Shown here piece by piece: positions 37,501 through 48,158 of a DNA stretch of 59,883 bases (positions are counted from its first letter, which is position 1; each line of letters starts with the position of its first letter). The DNA is from Malacoraja senta (Eukaryota), in assembly GCA_038087875.1 (NCBI GenBank), contig CM075998.1:1552001-1611883 (forward strand). The letters run 5' to 3'. The translations under genes were made by a program, and so were the position numbers. The notes beneath the pieces were generated by a model. That model saw only the letters and a program-made list of their open reading frames with translations, was not told the origin of the DNA and did no database searches.

Positions 37501-39186
37501 TAAGACCGTCACCGTCGAGACTGACCACCAACCCTTTGGTCACTATTTTGAACAAGCCGATCCACGCGGCCTCAGCTTGGCTGCAACGGATGATGATGCA
37601 GCTGCAGCGTTTTGACTTCCACATCGTCTACAAGAAAGGTAAAGACATGCACATAGCAGACACGCTTTCTAGAGCCCCGCGCAGAACCAGTGAACAGCAC
37701 CTCGCTGAACAGGACAAATTCTCAGTCATGAAGGTCTCCTTTGTGCCGACTAATCGTTTACGCCGCCTTGCCAAACACACGGCTGCGGACGAGACTTTAC
37801 AATTGCTGTCCACAGTCATACGGGACGGTTGGCTCCACAAACAGTCAAATACCCCGCTCGAGATACGACCCTACTTCCTAGTTCGTGACGAGTTAGTGCT
37901 ACAGGACGGAATCATAGTCAAGGGCCACAAGGCGGTGGTTCCGACCGCACTACGGGGCGAATACTACAACGACATCCACAGGGGCCTCCCCGGCGCGGAG
38001 GCCACCCTTCAACGGGCTCAAAGCATGTTTTACTGGCCCGGAATGACAAAATACATACATGAAAAAAATGAGACGTGCGCTGTCTGCAACAGTTTAGCAC
38101 CACACCAGCATAAGCACCCTCTTCTGCCCCAACCAGTTCCTCCTCTTCCGTGGTCCTCACTGGCCGCTGACATCTTCGACTGGCATGGGAAACACTATCT
38201 AGTTCTTGTTGACTCTTACTCGGGATGGTTCGAAATAGACTTACTGCAAACCATTTCCTCTGAGTCAGTGATTGAAAAGCTGCAGCGGCACCTTTCCGTG
38301 CATGGCTCCCCTGCACGTATTCAGACTGACAATGGCAGGCAATTCACCAGCCAAGCCTTTAAGAACTTTGCTGAAAAATGGGACTTCCAACACATTACCA
38401 GCAGCCCAGAGTTCCCGCAGTCCAACGGACTGGCCGAACAAGCTGTTCGGAGTGCTAAACAACTTATGGAACGTTCGTACCTTGCCAAATCCGACGTTTA
38501 CCTGGACTTGCTCAATCTGCGAAACATTGCACGGGACAACATCCTAAGGCTCTCCTGCCCAGCGACTAATGTCTCGCCAGACGCATGCACCCCTGCCTGT
38601 CTCTCAGCAGCAGCTGCAGCCGTGCGTCCGCTCTCCACCCTCGGTGCAGAAGCAGCTACAATTCAAACGGGACACACAAAAGCATTTCTACGACAAGTCC
38701 AGCAAGCCACTCAAACCACTTGCACGTGGCCAAGTGGTTCGCTTGCAAACCAACAAGGGCCATACACGACTGGGACACATTTATGGCCCATCCAAAGAAC
38801 CACGTTCGTACCTGGTCGAAGTGGACGGAGTCATCTACAGACGCAACCGTCAACATATCCTTCCAGTGAAGGAACCGCGTCCTGCAGGTCCTGATGCCCT
38901 GCCTCTCGTGTTCGCTCCATCAGCTATTCCAGCAACTCCATCACCAGCCATTATTGTTGCTGCGGGTTCCCCACGTCGGTTTACGCCTGGCTCGCTTATG
39001 ACGTCTCCCAACAGGCCCGCCGGGTCGCGTCCCCACTCCCGACCCCCGTCTGTTCTCCCGCGAAGGAAGGTGAGGCGGTCTCCTACCGCACCAGGGCTGG
39101 ACGGGTTTGCATGCCACCCGTTAGATATGGTGACTTTGTATAATCTTGCTAGCATATTCTTAGCATCCCCTCGATATATTGTTTAA
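34520..39186 (+). pseudogene. Gypsy gag-pol, disrupted by stops, frameshifts and a CR1 insertion
   Basis: Gag MANSCRRP; Zn knuckles (CVAYGKTCNNCKKPNNFAKCC); protease VDTGA; RT LDAKSSFWQ, RMPF, IVDD; RNase H CDASQYGLGA; integrase H..C..C, TDNG, SNGLAE. Confidence 0.93.
35081..35621 (+). mobile_element. Young CR1 3' fragment inserted in Gypsy gag
   Basis: About 98% identical by manual comparison to the reverse complement of 5781-6308; (CTATGTAT)n tail; gag-like sequence resumes after it. Confidence 0.95.
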
Positions 39187-39219
39187 GACACCGTAGTTTC
39201 TTTCATTTTCCACAAGAGA

Positions 39220-39406
39220 TGTAGATCGGCTATTGCATGCCAGCCAATCATAATGCTTGTTAGTAATAACCCCGCCTAGTATATGCTTTATAATATTAGG
39301 AACTCGCCTACGTCAGGCAGTAGATGTAGCAGCTCGGAGATGTAACGTACTGCAGATCCTGTGCTGTAAGTGTTTAATAAAGATGTGTTGGAGTCCGGTA
39401 ATTACA
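39220..39406 (+). repeat. 3' LTR (187 bp)
   Basis: TGTAGATCGG...GGTAATTACA; differs from the 5' LTR by 4 transitions and a 17-bp indel. Confidence 0.95.
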
Positions 39407-39737
39407 GAGTGGATGTGGAGAGGATGTTTCCATCGTGGGAGAGTGTATGACCAGAGGGAACATCCTAAGAATAAAAGGATGTACCTTTAGAAATATTAGG
39501 AATTTCTTTACGCAGAGAGTGGTGAATCTGTGGAATTCATTGCCACAGACAGCCGTGGAGGCCAACTCATTTGGTATTTTTAAAGTGGAGATTGACAAGA
39601 TTGTTGATTAGTAAGGGTGTCAAAAGTTACAGGGAGAAGGAAGAGAATATGGTTGAGGGAAAAATAGATCAGCTATGATCAAATGACGGAGCAGACCCGA
39701 TGGGCAAAATGGCCGAATTCTGCTTCTATGGCTTATG
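39407..39737 (+). mobile_element. CR1 3' fragment that hosts the Gypsy insertion (continues from about 34225-34246)
   Basis: Rejoined AGCTTGGATAGAGTGGATGTGGAGAGGATGTTTCC = LDRVDVERMFP; QRVVNLWNSLP. Confidence 0.85.
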
Positions 39738-40277
39738 TGGTTGAGTTTGTTGACACATTTTCAATTGGACCAAAGACATGAAAGGCTGTTACAATCTTTA
39801 CCCCCTTATCAGACTCCCAGGTCCCAATTCCATATCATATTTCACATTAAGATGTTCCACTGGCAGGAAGTCCCTACCATGCACTACAAGTCACTGGAAA
39901 TCAATCGCTTCTGTATGGACTTTTCCGAGTATAGTAAATGTTTGAAATGGGTCAAGCTTGTTGTTGAAATCTTCCATTTATCCAGAATTTCGACCAATTT
40001 GATTAGTAATCTATAATATACCAATTGTATGTTCAGGCTGAAACTTGCCCTTCACAACTTTGGAAATTTTATGCACTCACTCTCTAATGGCCATTTCATG
40101 GGTTTTGTTCTTATTCTCTCTCCAATTCCCCCATCAAATGGAAGCCCTCCACATTCTATCCCAATGACATCACTCATTCACTGATATTCCATTTGTCCTG
40201 TCCACCCACTCCCCCCTCCCCTACTTTGCAAGTCAAATTTTTATTTTCTGCCAGTTCTGACGAAATCTTCAACCCAA

Positions 40278-40583
40278 GGGCAGTACGGTGGCGCACTAGT
40301 CTTAGTTGCTGCCCAACAGCTCTTGCAGCGGTAGAGACCCGGGTTCGATCCTGTCTGTACGGAGTTTGTACGTTCTCCACATGGGTTTTCTCAGAGATCT
40401 TCGATTTCCGCCCACACTCCAAAGACGTACAGGTTTGTAGGTTAATTGGCTTGGGTTTGCATCCATAATATAAGTGTAAATTGCTCCTAGTGCGTGTAGG
40501 CTTGTTAATGTGCAGGAATCGCTAGTCGGGGCGGACTCGGTGGGCTGAAGGGCCTGTTTCCATGCTGTATCTTTAAACTAAAC
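40278..40583 (+). mobile_element. HE1-like V-SINE
   Basis: tRNA-like head, GGTTCGATCC B box, V core, (CTAAA)n tail; interrupts an old PLE-type repeat. Confidence 0.85.
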
Positions 40584-40999
40584 AACGTGGTTACGTTTTT
40601 CTCTCAACAGATTCTGATTGAAATGCTGTGTGTTCCAGCCCATTCCATTTTTAAAAATTTCAAATTTCCAGCAACTGCAAATTATTGATTTTTCACTGAT
40701 CATTTGTTTGCACAATTCGTCACTTGATACCTTGTTTCTAAAGCTGCAGTCACCTGGCAGTGATGTTCCTGAACCCTGTTCTGCACACTGCAGTGCCATT
40801 TATTCAACTCCAGCTTGAAAGGCACCAACTCTAAGAATTCCTGCCAAGCTTGGAGGTTTAGTTTGGAATTAAAGGAAAGGTCTACTTTATGTCTTTGGTG
40901 GTTTGATTTGTCATAACATAGTTGGAAGTTGATTATTTTTATTGCGTCAGGCCGTCAACATGCAGTAGTGCCCAGCATAAAGTGCTTGAAATCATAATA

Positions 41000-41515
41000 A
41001 TACTTTATTAGCCAAGTATGATTTGCAACGAGCCTTCCGTTGTCGGGGCAATCTTACTGCCATAGCCGGCGGCCGAGCCCTCCCCGTCAGGGCGATCAAG
41101 CTCCAGCATCGGGGGGGGGGGGAATCTCAGCTCCCCCGCGCCGGTGATCGGACCCCGGGTCGGGGCTGGTTGAAACATTCTGCGTCTTTGGAGCTCCAGA
41201 CATCTACCCGAGACTGCGAGCTCTCGATGGTGAAATACGCAGGCCAAGGTTGGAGCATCGATCCCAGGCAAGGGTTCGGCTCCGATGGTAAGTCCACGGC
41301 CCTCGCGGTGGGGCTCAGTCAGTCCCGAGCTAGCCCGCCAGCTCCACGATGTTGGGCTGCAGAGCGACCGGAGATACGACCGCATCTCAGGCAAGGTAAG
41401 AGATTGAAAAAAAGTTTCCCCCGAACCCCTTCCCCACCCACACATAAAACAAACCAGAGAACATTTACACAAACTTTTAAAACGCACTAAAAATAACAAA
41501 AAGACGAAAAAGACT
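41000..41515 (-). mobile_element. GC-rich non-autonomous element related in layout to 28500-29760
   Basis: Minus strand: T-rich start, TGTGTGGGTGGGG..GAAAC, CpG-rich body, AATAAA end. Confidence 0.45.
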
Positions 41516-41829
41516 CCAGTTCAAAAAAATCTTTATTTTAACAAGAAAAAAAATCATTGCGTTCACAGGTTTTGGGGTTGTAAAAATAAACAAATCAATT
41601 ATTCCATGATACATTGATTATCTGCTGGCATCTCATTTTCAGTATTATAATTTTTCTAAACATTACATAGAAACACAATGAATAAAAATAGCCTTTATAC
41701 ATATAAATACAATGAAATAGAAATAAGCTATAACATTGTGTAGGACAATGCGGATAAATGAATTACAGTCACCAATGATGGGTTTGAAGGGAGTTGATGG
41801 AACATTTGGAAATAAGAAATTGACACCAC

Positions 41830-42025
41830 ATTGAGACCACACCTGGAGTACTGTGTGCAGTTTTGGTCTAATTTGAGGAAGGACATTCTTGCTATATGTG
41901 CAGCATAGGTTCACGAGGTTAATTCCCGGGATGGCAAGATTGTAATATGATGAAAGAATAGAGCGACTGGGCTTGTATTCACTTGAATTTAGAAAAGATG
42001 AGAGGGGATCTTATAGAAATATATA
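41830..42025 (+). mobile_element. CR1 ORF2 fragment
   Basis: RPHLEYCVQFWS...RFTRLIPGM...RGDLIE. Confidence 0.8.
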
Positions 42026-42269
42026 GAAATAGAATATATATATATGTATATAAAAGAAATAGGAGGAAGGGTATTGAGATGAGGTTTAAAAAGATGTAGA
42101 GATAGCAAATGCAGTTCTTCCTAGGATCTTGGCCAAAATTTATCACCTAAAAAAGCCTATCTAATCATTTATCTTCATTGTGCAAGTTGACTGGAACATT
42201 ACGACTCTGTGAAAACATTTATAATAAAGTTGTGAATCCCGAGGTTGAAAAATGACTTTACAGAATACT

Positions 42270-42364
42270 TGAAGAAGAAGGGTCTCGACCCGAAACGTCA
42301 CCTATTTGCTTCGCTCCATAGATGCTGCCTCACCCGCTGAGTTTCTCCAGCATGTTTGTCTACC
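42270..42364 (+). mobile_element. Short PLE-derived insertion starting at the hammerhead core, 12-bp TSD
   Basis: TGAAGAAGAAGGGTCTCGACCCGAAACGTCACC...TTTGTCTACC flanked by TTACAGAATACT (42258-42269, 42365-42376). Confidence 0.8.
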
Positions 42365-42734
42365 TTACAGAATACTAGATACTTGAGCAAATGTTTTAGG
42401 GAGACAGAAAAAAATCTCCCATTTGCTTTCTAGTCACGTGGTTGGATGCGAGAATAGATGTGCGATGTCCTTAATATTCACATCCAGATTAAAGAGGCCA
42501 TTGGACAAGGTAGAGAGCCACTGTGCCTGTGGAACTGCCAATCAAGCAGGAATAAGCACTGTAAAGGGAGAAGAAAATGGTAAAGTATTAAACTTGCAAC
42601 AGATGAAATGCAAGTTCTTCCTTGTATTTCACTTTCCTCTTAAATTCCAACCCAAAATAACCAATTTATGATGAGGTCTGATATTAAATTAACATCGATG
42701 AATATAAAAGCACAGCCATCTCTGATTCAGTAGG

Positions 42735-42950
42735 CCCTACTCTCATGAGCCAGAAGATTCAGGGGTTAAGTCCCATTCCAGAGACTTGTGCAAAGCAACC
42801 CAGGCTGACACTCTAGTACACTACTAATGGAGTGCTGCATCATAGTGATGCAATGTTCCAGATGAAACATTCAAATTAGGCTTCATCTATACCTCTCGGC
42901 AGATATAAAAAAATAATACAAACCATTTTGCACAAGGGCATTAGAGGCAT
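42735..42950 (+). mobile_element. Ancient DeuSINE (SacSINE1/AmnSINE-like) remnant
   Basis: CCAGGCTGACACTCTAGTACACTACTAATGGAGTGCTGCA...CAGATGAAACATT resembles the recalled Deu-domain SINE consensus. Confidence 0.5.
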
Positions 42951-43149
42951 GTTGTGTTCAAACCAAAGTATATACATCTGAGACTCAGATGCAGTTTCGT
43001 ACAGGATTTCTTCACATTCTCATGACCTTACAAAAAAAAAACTACATCCCATGCTTCACTTTTAAGGTATGCTTACTATTGCAAAGGCATATATAACACG
43101 CAATTTGCATTAAGGATGGCGAGATAAGAACCAGGGCTGCAGCTTCTTA

Positions 43150-44171
43150 TAGCAATGTTACAAAATTTTGAGATTTAAAAAATAAAGTCTGCAATTTATC
43201 CCATCAGATAAAGCATAAAAAGAAGTTTAATTTGACACCTAATTCACTTTCATATCTTCAGTATTAAAGAAGTTATGGCCATTTTCATACTCGGAAATTA
43301 GCATCTTGTTCCCTATTGCTTTTCCATTGACTTAACACAAAAGCTGTGATCGAGGACAGTCAAAAGCCCATAACTTTCTTAAAAATTAAGATAACTGAAA
43401 GAAATTTTCAATTATAGATTGAAGCATTCTGAAAAATATGAAACAATCTTACTTAGAAGACATGAAAGTAAAGCATATAATTAGTTAGTTACCTAATTGT
43501 AGCTAATTACAAAATTCAATTACTAGATCTAAACATCTATCAATTTCTTAAGAATAGATTAACATTTTTAAATAGCCTAAGTGTCCAAATAACATTCACA
43601 CAATAATTCACAATATAACATAATTTTTAAATCTCATTTTCATGAATTTACAGGCCAAATGGAAGGAATTGAATGTTTAATACCTGTAAATTAATGGGCA
43701 TTTAAATCATCTTGTGAGTGAGGATTTCTGGAACGCGATCTTTTGGAACGTTCATTTGCGGTGAATTTAACCCCGTATTGGCATGAAAAATACTGCCGTT
43801 AGTTCGGGGAATAAAATCACCGTTTCGCATGAAAAAATGTGAATTAAAGGCTTCTTAAGAAGCACTTTTATACATTTAAAGAAACCACTTTCGTTTACCT
43901 GTCCCGTGTGTGAAATCCGTCCCCGTTATCGGCGTTGACGCTTCAGGAGCTGCTTTTAAAATTACTGACGATTTAATAAAAATAAAAAATTCACAAAACG
44001 CCACTAGGAAAGATTTTTCAGCAAAAGGTTGTACTCCAACGAAATATAATTCAGGACAAGGGAGGAGAAACCGCGTTTTAACCCCGTCCCCCCCTTAAAG
44101 GCGCCAAAATCACGCACACGGCCAGTAGCAGAATTACAGCGCGACTGAAGGTAAGTTTTGTAACATACCTA
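43150..44171. mobile_element. Non-autonomous DNA transposon, ~1.02 kb, superfamily uncertain (hAT-like TAG...CTA termini)
   Basis: TIRs TAGCAATGTTACAAAA / TTTTGTAACATACCTA; flanking duplication CTTCTTA(T) (43143-43149, 44172-44178). Confidence 0.8.
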
Positions 44172-47100
44172 CTTCTTATCAATATCCATAACCCTACAGC
44201 AATTTACTTGCATGTGAACATTGATTGGGGCATAATCTGTGCTGTGACACCCGCAAATTCATACACCTTGCCGATACTTACCATCTCAAATATGCAGTGA
44301 CCATGGAGTTGTATACAACATGAATCAAAGCCCTGGAAAGGAAAAGGAAGATTTATAAAAATATAAAGTGTAAACACAGAGGCTATCACACAAAAAGTGA
44401 CAAAAACAGGTAACTGTCAGAGAATGCTTCAAGTACACATGAAAAAACAGGATGAGGCGAATTATCAAATGGGAATGGTGGGCGTTGGAGGAAAGAGAGA
44501 TAACCCAAAGACGGGGATTAAAAAGAACAGCTAAGCAAGCTAATACTGGGCAGCCTTTATGAGCTGATAGATGAAACAAGTGTACAGAGGTAATTTTAAC
44601 AAGCAATCCTACTGGAAAAGCAACTCACTTATTTGGGGCTTAAATTTCTAATTAGTAAAAACTGATGTCATTCATGTTTAAACAAGCCTTTAACTTGAGT
44701 CCCACAAGTGTTAAATATTTCTGGAGTTTAATGTCTGGGAATAACACTGTAGAAATGAACACTTAATCCTTAAAATAACTAATTAATTTAATTATAAAAT
44801 ATACATAAGCAAGTTATCAAATGATAACTGCCCCCACTCAATTTCTCTTTTGTAGTTAACCAAATATTCCACCAAATTAGATGTCCTGCATTTTTGGGGA
44901 TGCCTCTCCCTTATTCATGCTCGGGCATGAATTAGCAACAAAGTTTAGCCAGGGCATTGTTGGAGTTTAAACCATCAGTTTTCTGCAATTGCATACACGC
45001 TGCCTGTGCAGCAAGGATCACCCGACCCATTAAGCTTTTTCTTGTGGACTGGGATGCTTCTTATTCAGCTGCATCACTGAGACACCATAGCCTAGAGGAA
45101 CAGATGGGCTAATCAATCAGCATTTGTGCCCTGGATTACTGTGGGCTAGCCTGGCAACAGTATCCACCAGTTGATTGACTATGGTTTTCCATTTTTTCCC
45201 CACCAAGCAAGTAATTTGCAGCTAATTTATTGCCCAGTGAAAACCTAATCTTTCCCCCTAGATTACAGGCTTTACAAAACATCAGGTGTCAGTAACCCCT
45301 CACTATGTAAACTGTGGCACAATTCAATTTGAAATATTAGTGTATTCCTACAACTATTCTGAGCATAGCATAAGCACATATTTTATCCCATTAAACTGTA
45401 GTTCCACCAGTTGGGACTACAGAGCATCAAAAGCAGCCTTTCACCTTTCTACAATCCAATAACGACAGTCACCGAGCCTCGGATACGAGTTGTTGTTCTC
45501 ATCAGTGGCCTCCCAGCAATGTCTTCCAGGAGTTCTTCAGAATGTATTTGTCTGTATCAACTTGATGAAAGAATGTTTGCAGGCAGCTTGCAATATGCCG
45601 GCCATTTTACTGTTCTAAGTTCATGCCGCCAATGAATGCACTAAACTTATTTCACAGCTGCAAATAAGGAGCCCCTTTATTCTGGCAATTCATCTGCCAT
45701 TTGTTACCAAATATGCTTTTTTTGTAGTTAACCCTCAGAATTCCACACAAATATTTTCTTTCTGCGCATGCTCTTACCTTGACTGCTAATAATTATCTTG
45801 CTGGCAGCTTTGCAATTTTTGGCGTAAGCATTCAGCTGTAAAACATCAAAATTTTGCTCCTTCGTTCAGATCCGGTCAGAGCAGACTCCAACGATCTGTC
45901 TCATTCTGCTAAAAAAATCAGCCTTAGCATGGACTTTAATCAGGATAGTGCCTGCTCCAAAACACACAAGTCACAGAGCCACAGGAAAACATAAATTCAC
46001 TCGATAAAACTCAACAATTCTCTTATCAATGTTGTTTTAGTGCAGCTTACATAAAGCTAAATGCTAAAGTAGGAAGAATGCATAAAGATGAAGTTGAGAA
46101 TATAGGGAGGAAAAAGCTAAGACTACATAGAAGTAACTGTTTAATAATAGTATAATGTTATGATATTAAAGATGCTTACGAGATCTCTGCAATGTTTGTT
46201 TCAGGAATACTCAACAATATCAGAGCTGAGCATTCCACGTGAAGAGGCAACTTTTAAACCTATTTATCAGCATAATTAAAGGACTCATTTTATATAGCGC
46301 CAAAGCCTCGTGGATGAATTATTTTTAGCAGCAGTGATTATTCCCTGGCAAATGCAGCAGCCGTTTTGCACACAGCAAAATATAACAGCAAATGAGATGA
46401 ATGTCCAGTTCATTATTCTTAGGTCAATTGATTTGAGAAAGGAATGTTGGCCATGTCCCTATTCTTCAATTCATGGCATCATTTGTGTCCACTCACCAAG
46501 GACTGAAACACCTTTACATCGGTGATGGAACCTTCTCAGTCAGGCTAAAGTGCTACCATCTGATCTCAACGTTCACAGGATGGAAAGAGCCACTTTTAAC
46601 ATTGTTACCTCAATGGTGGTCAAATCCAAAAATCGGAATGTGAAAATATGTCATCACCAACAGGATTGAACAAATACATTTGAACTTTTGAGAGTCTTGA
46701 AGCTCCATGAAATTCAGTTGATAACGATAAAAAGAAGCAGGATACCTTTGCATGACTTTTTGCACTTTTACACCAGATTTTAAAACGAAAGGTTACTTAC
46801 CTTGAGACTGTCCCGAATGTTGTGATGGAGATAACCCCCCACACAATTTTAGTGCAACCCATCTGGTGATTATATAGTTTAACGTTAAAACATCACATTG
46901 ATATGTCATCTGAATGAGAAATGTATTCAAACTTCTAAATAATCAACTGTCTAAACGGGGGCATTTCTGAAGGAAAATTATACTTTTAATTAACCTTCTA
47001 CTCCTTATGCTAATTGATACACTCCCAGAAGATTTTTTTCAAAAACAGAGTTCAATCACATTAATTCTCCCATAGTCCAAGCATTTAACTACAGAAATAT

Positions 47101-47235
47101 AACAGCACATAATTGGAAGCTCATCACAGGTATGTCCGCATGATCAAGGATAGACTGCACGGCAGCCTGGGAGTAGCTAAAAATGGAAAAACAGTAGTAT
47201 AGGGTTTTTTTTGAAAATCAGTTTAAACTTTAGAA

Positions 47236-48158
47236 CAGGGGTCTCCAAACTATGGCTCGCGTGCCACATCCGGCCCGCCACGAGATTTTATCCGGTCCGC
47301 AGCAAGCTCTTAACACGTTCCGTGTGGCGGGCTATTTAGCGGGTTCTGTGGTAGCACAGCTTTAGAGATACAGCGCTCGGGTTCTGTGGTAGCGCAGCTT
47401 TAGAGATAGAGCGGAAACAGGCCCATCGAAGCGACGCCGGTACACACTGGCACTATCCTACATACTCGGGACAAATTCAATTAACCTGCAAACGTGGAGT
47501 GTGGGAGGAAACCAGAGCACCCAGAGAAAACCCACGCATGTACAAACTCCATACAGACTGCACCCGTAGTCAGGATGGAACCCGGGTCTCTGGCGCGGTG
47601 AGGCAGCAACTCTACCGCTGCACCGCCGTACCATTGCTCCTGTGATGAAAAGGCAAGTTGTGCGGGGTGGTAGCGTGGGGTGGGGAGTGGAGCGAGGGGG
47701 TGGAGGGGGAGGAGCTAGTTGGCGACAGGGTTGGTGTGTAGCGGTCTCCCCGCCCGTGAGGGTGACCCGTCAACAGCTCCCGCTCCTGGGCGCCACACTG
47801 ATCTGGACCCTTTGACCGGGGCTTGACCGACGCCTGCCGGCGCAGCCAGGGGAATCCTCCCCTGCCCTCCTCTCCTCTCTCTGTCTCCCCTTTCACTCTC
47901 TCTCCACCCCCCTGTCTCTCTCTCCCCTTCGTTCTCTCGCCAGCCCTGCGGAGATCGACGGATCGGTGTGTGCCCGATGGGTGAGCATTATGCGTGCATG
48001 GATCTTTGTTAATATGCCATGAGGGGTGATCACAGTGTGTGTGTGTGTGTGTGTGCTCGCTCGTGTGCGCGTGTGATTTCTTTATTTTTTCCTACGGCCC
48101 GCAAACATGTGCTAAATATATAATGTGGCCCTCATGCTGAAAAGTTTGGAGGCCCCTG
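47236..48158. mobile_element. hAT (Charlie-like) non-autonomous element
   Basis: TIRs CAGGGGTCTCCAAACT / AGTTTGGAGGCCCCTG; subterminal GGCCCGC motifs; 8-bp TSD CTTTAGAA (47228-47235, 48159-48166). Confidence 0.92.
47360..47635 (-). mobile_element. HE1-like SINE inside the hAT element
   Basis: Reverse complement of head (GGTACGGCGGTGCAGCGGTAGAGTTGCTGCC), V core and tail. Confidence 0.85.

Larger units (their letters stand above)
34247..39406 (+). mobile_element. Complete Gypsy LTR retrotransposon (Mag-like), decayed
   Basis: Two LTRs, 5-bp TSD GAGTG (34242-34246, 39407-39411), PBS, gag-PR-RT-RH-IN order. Confidence 0.97.
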
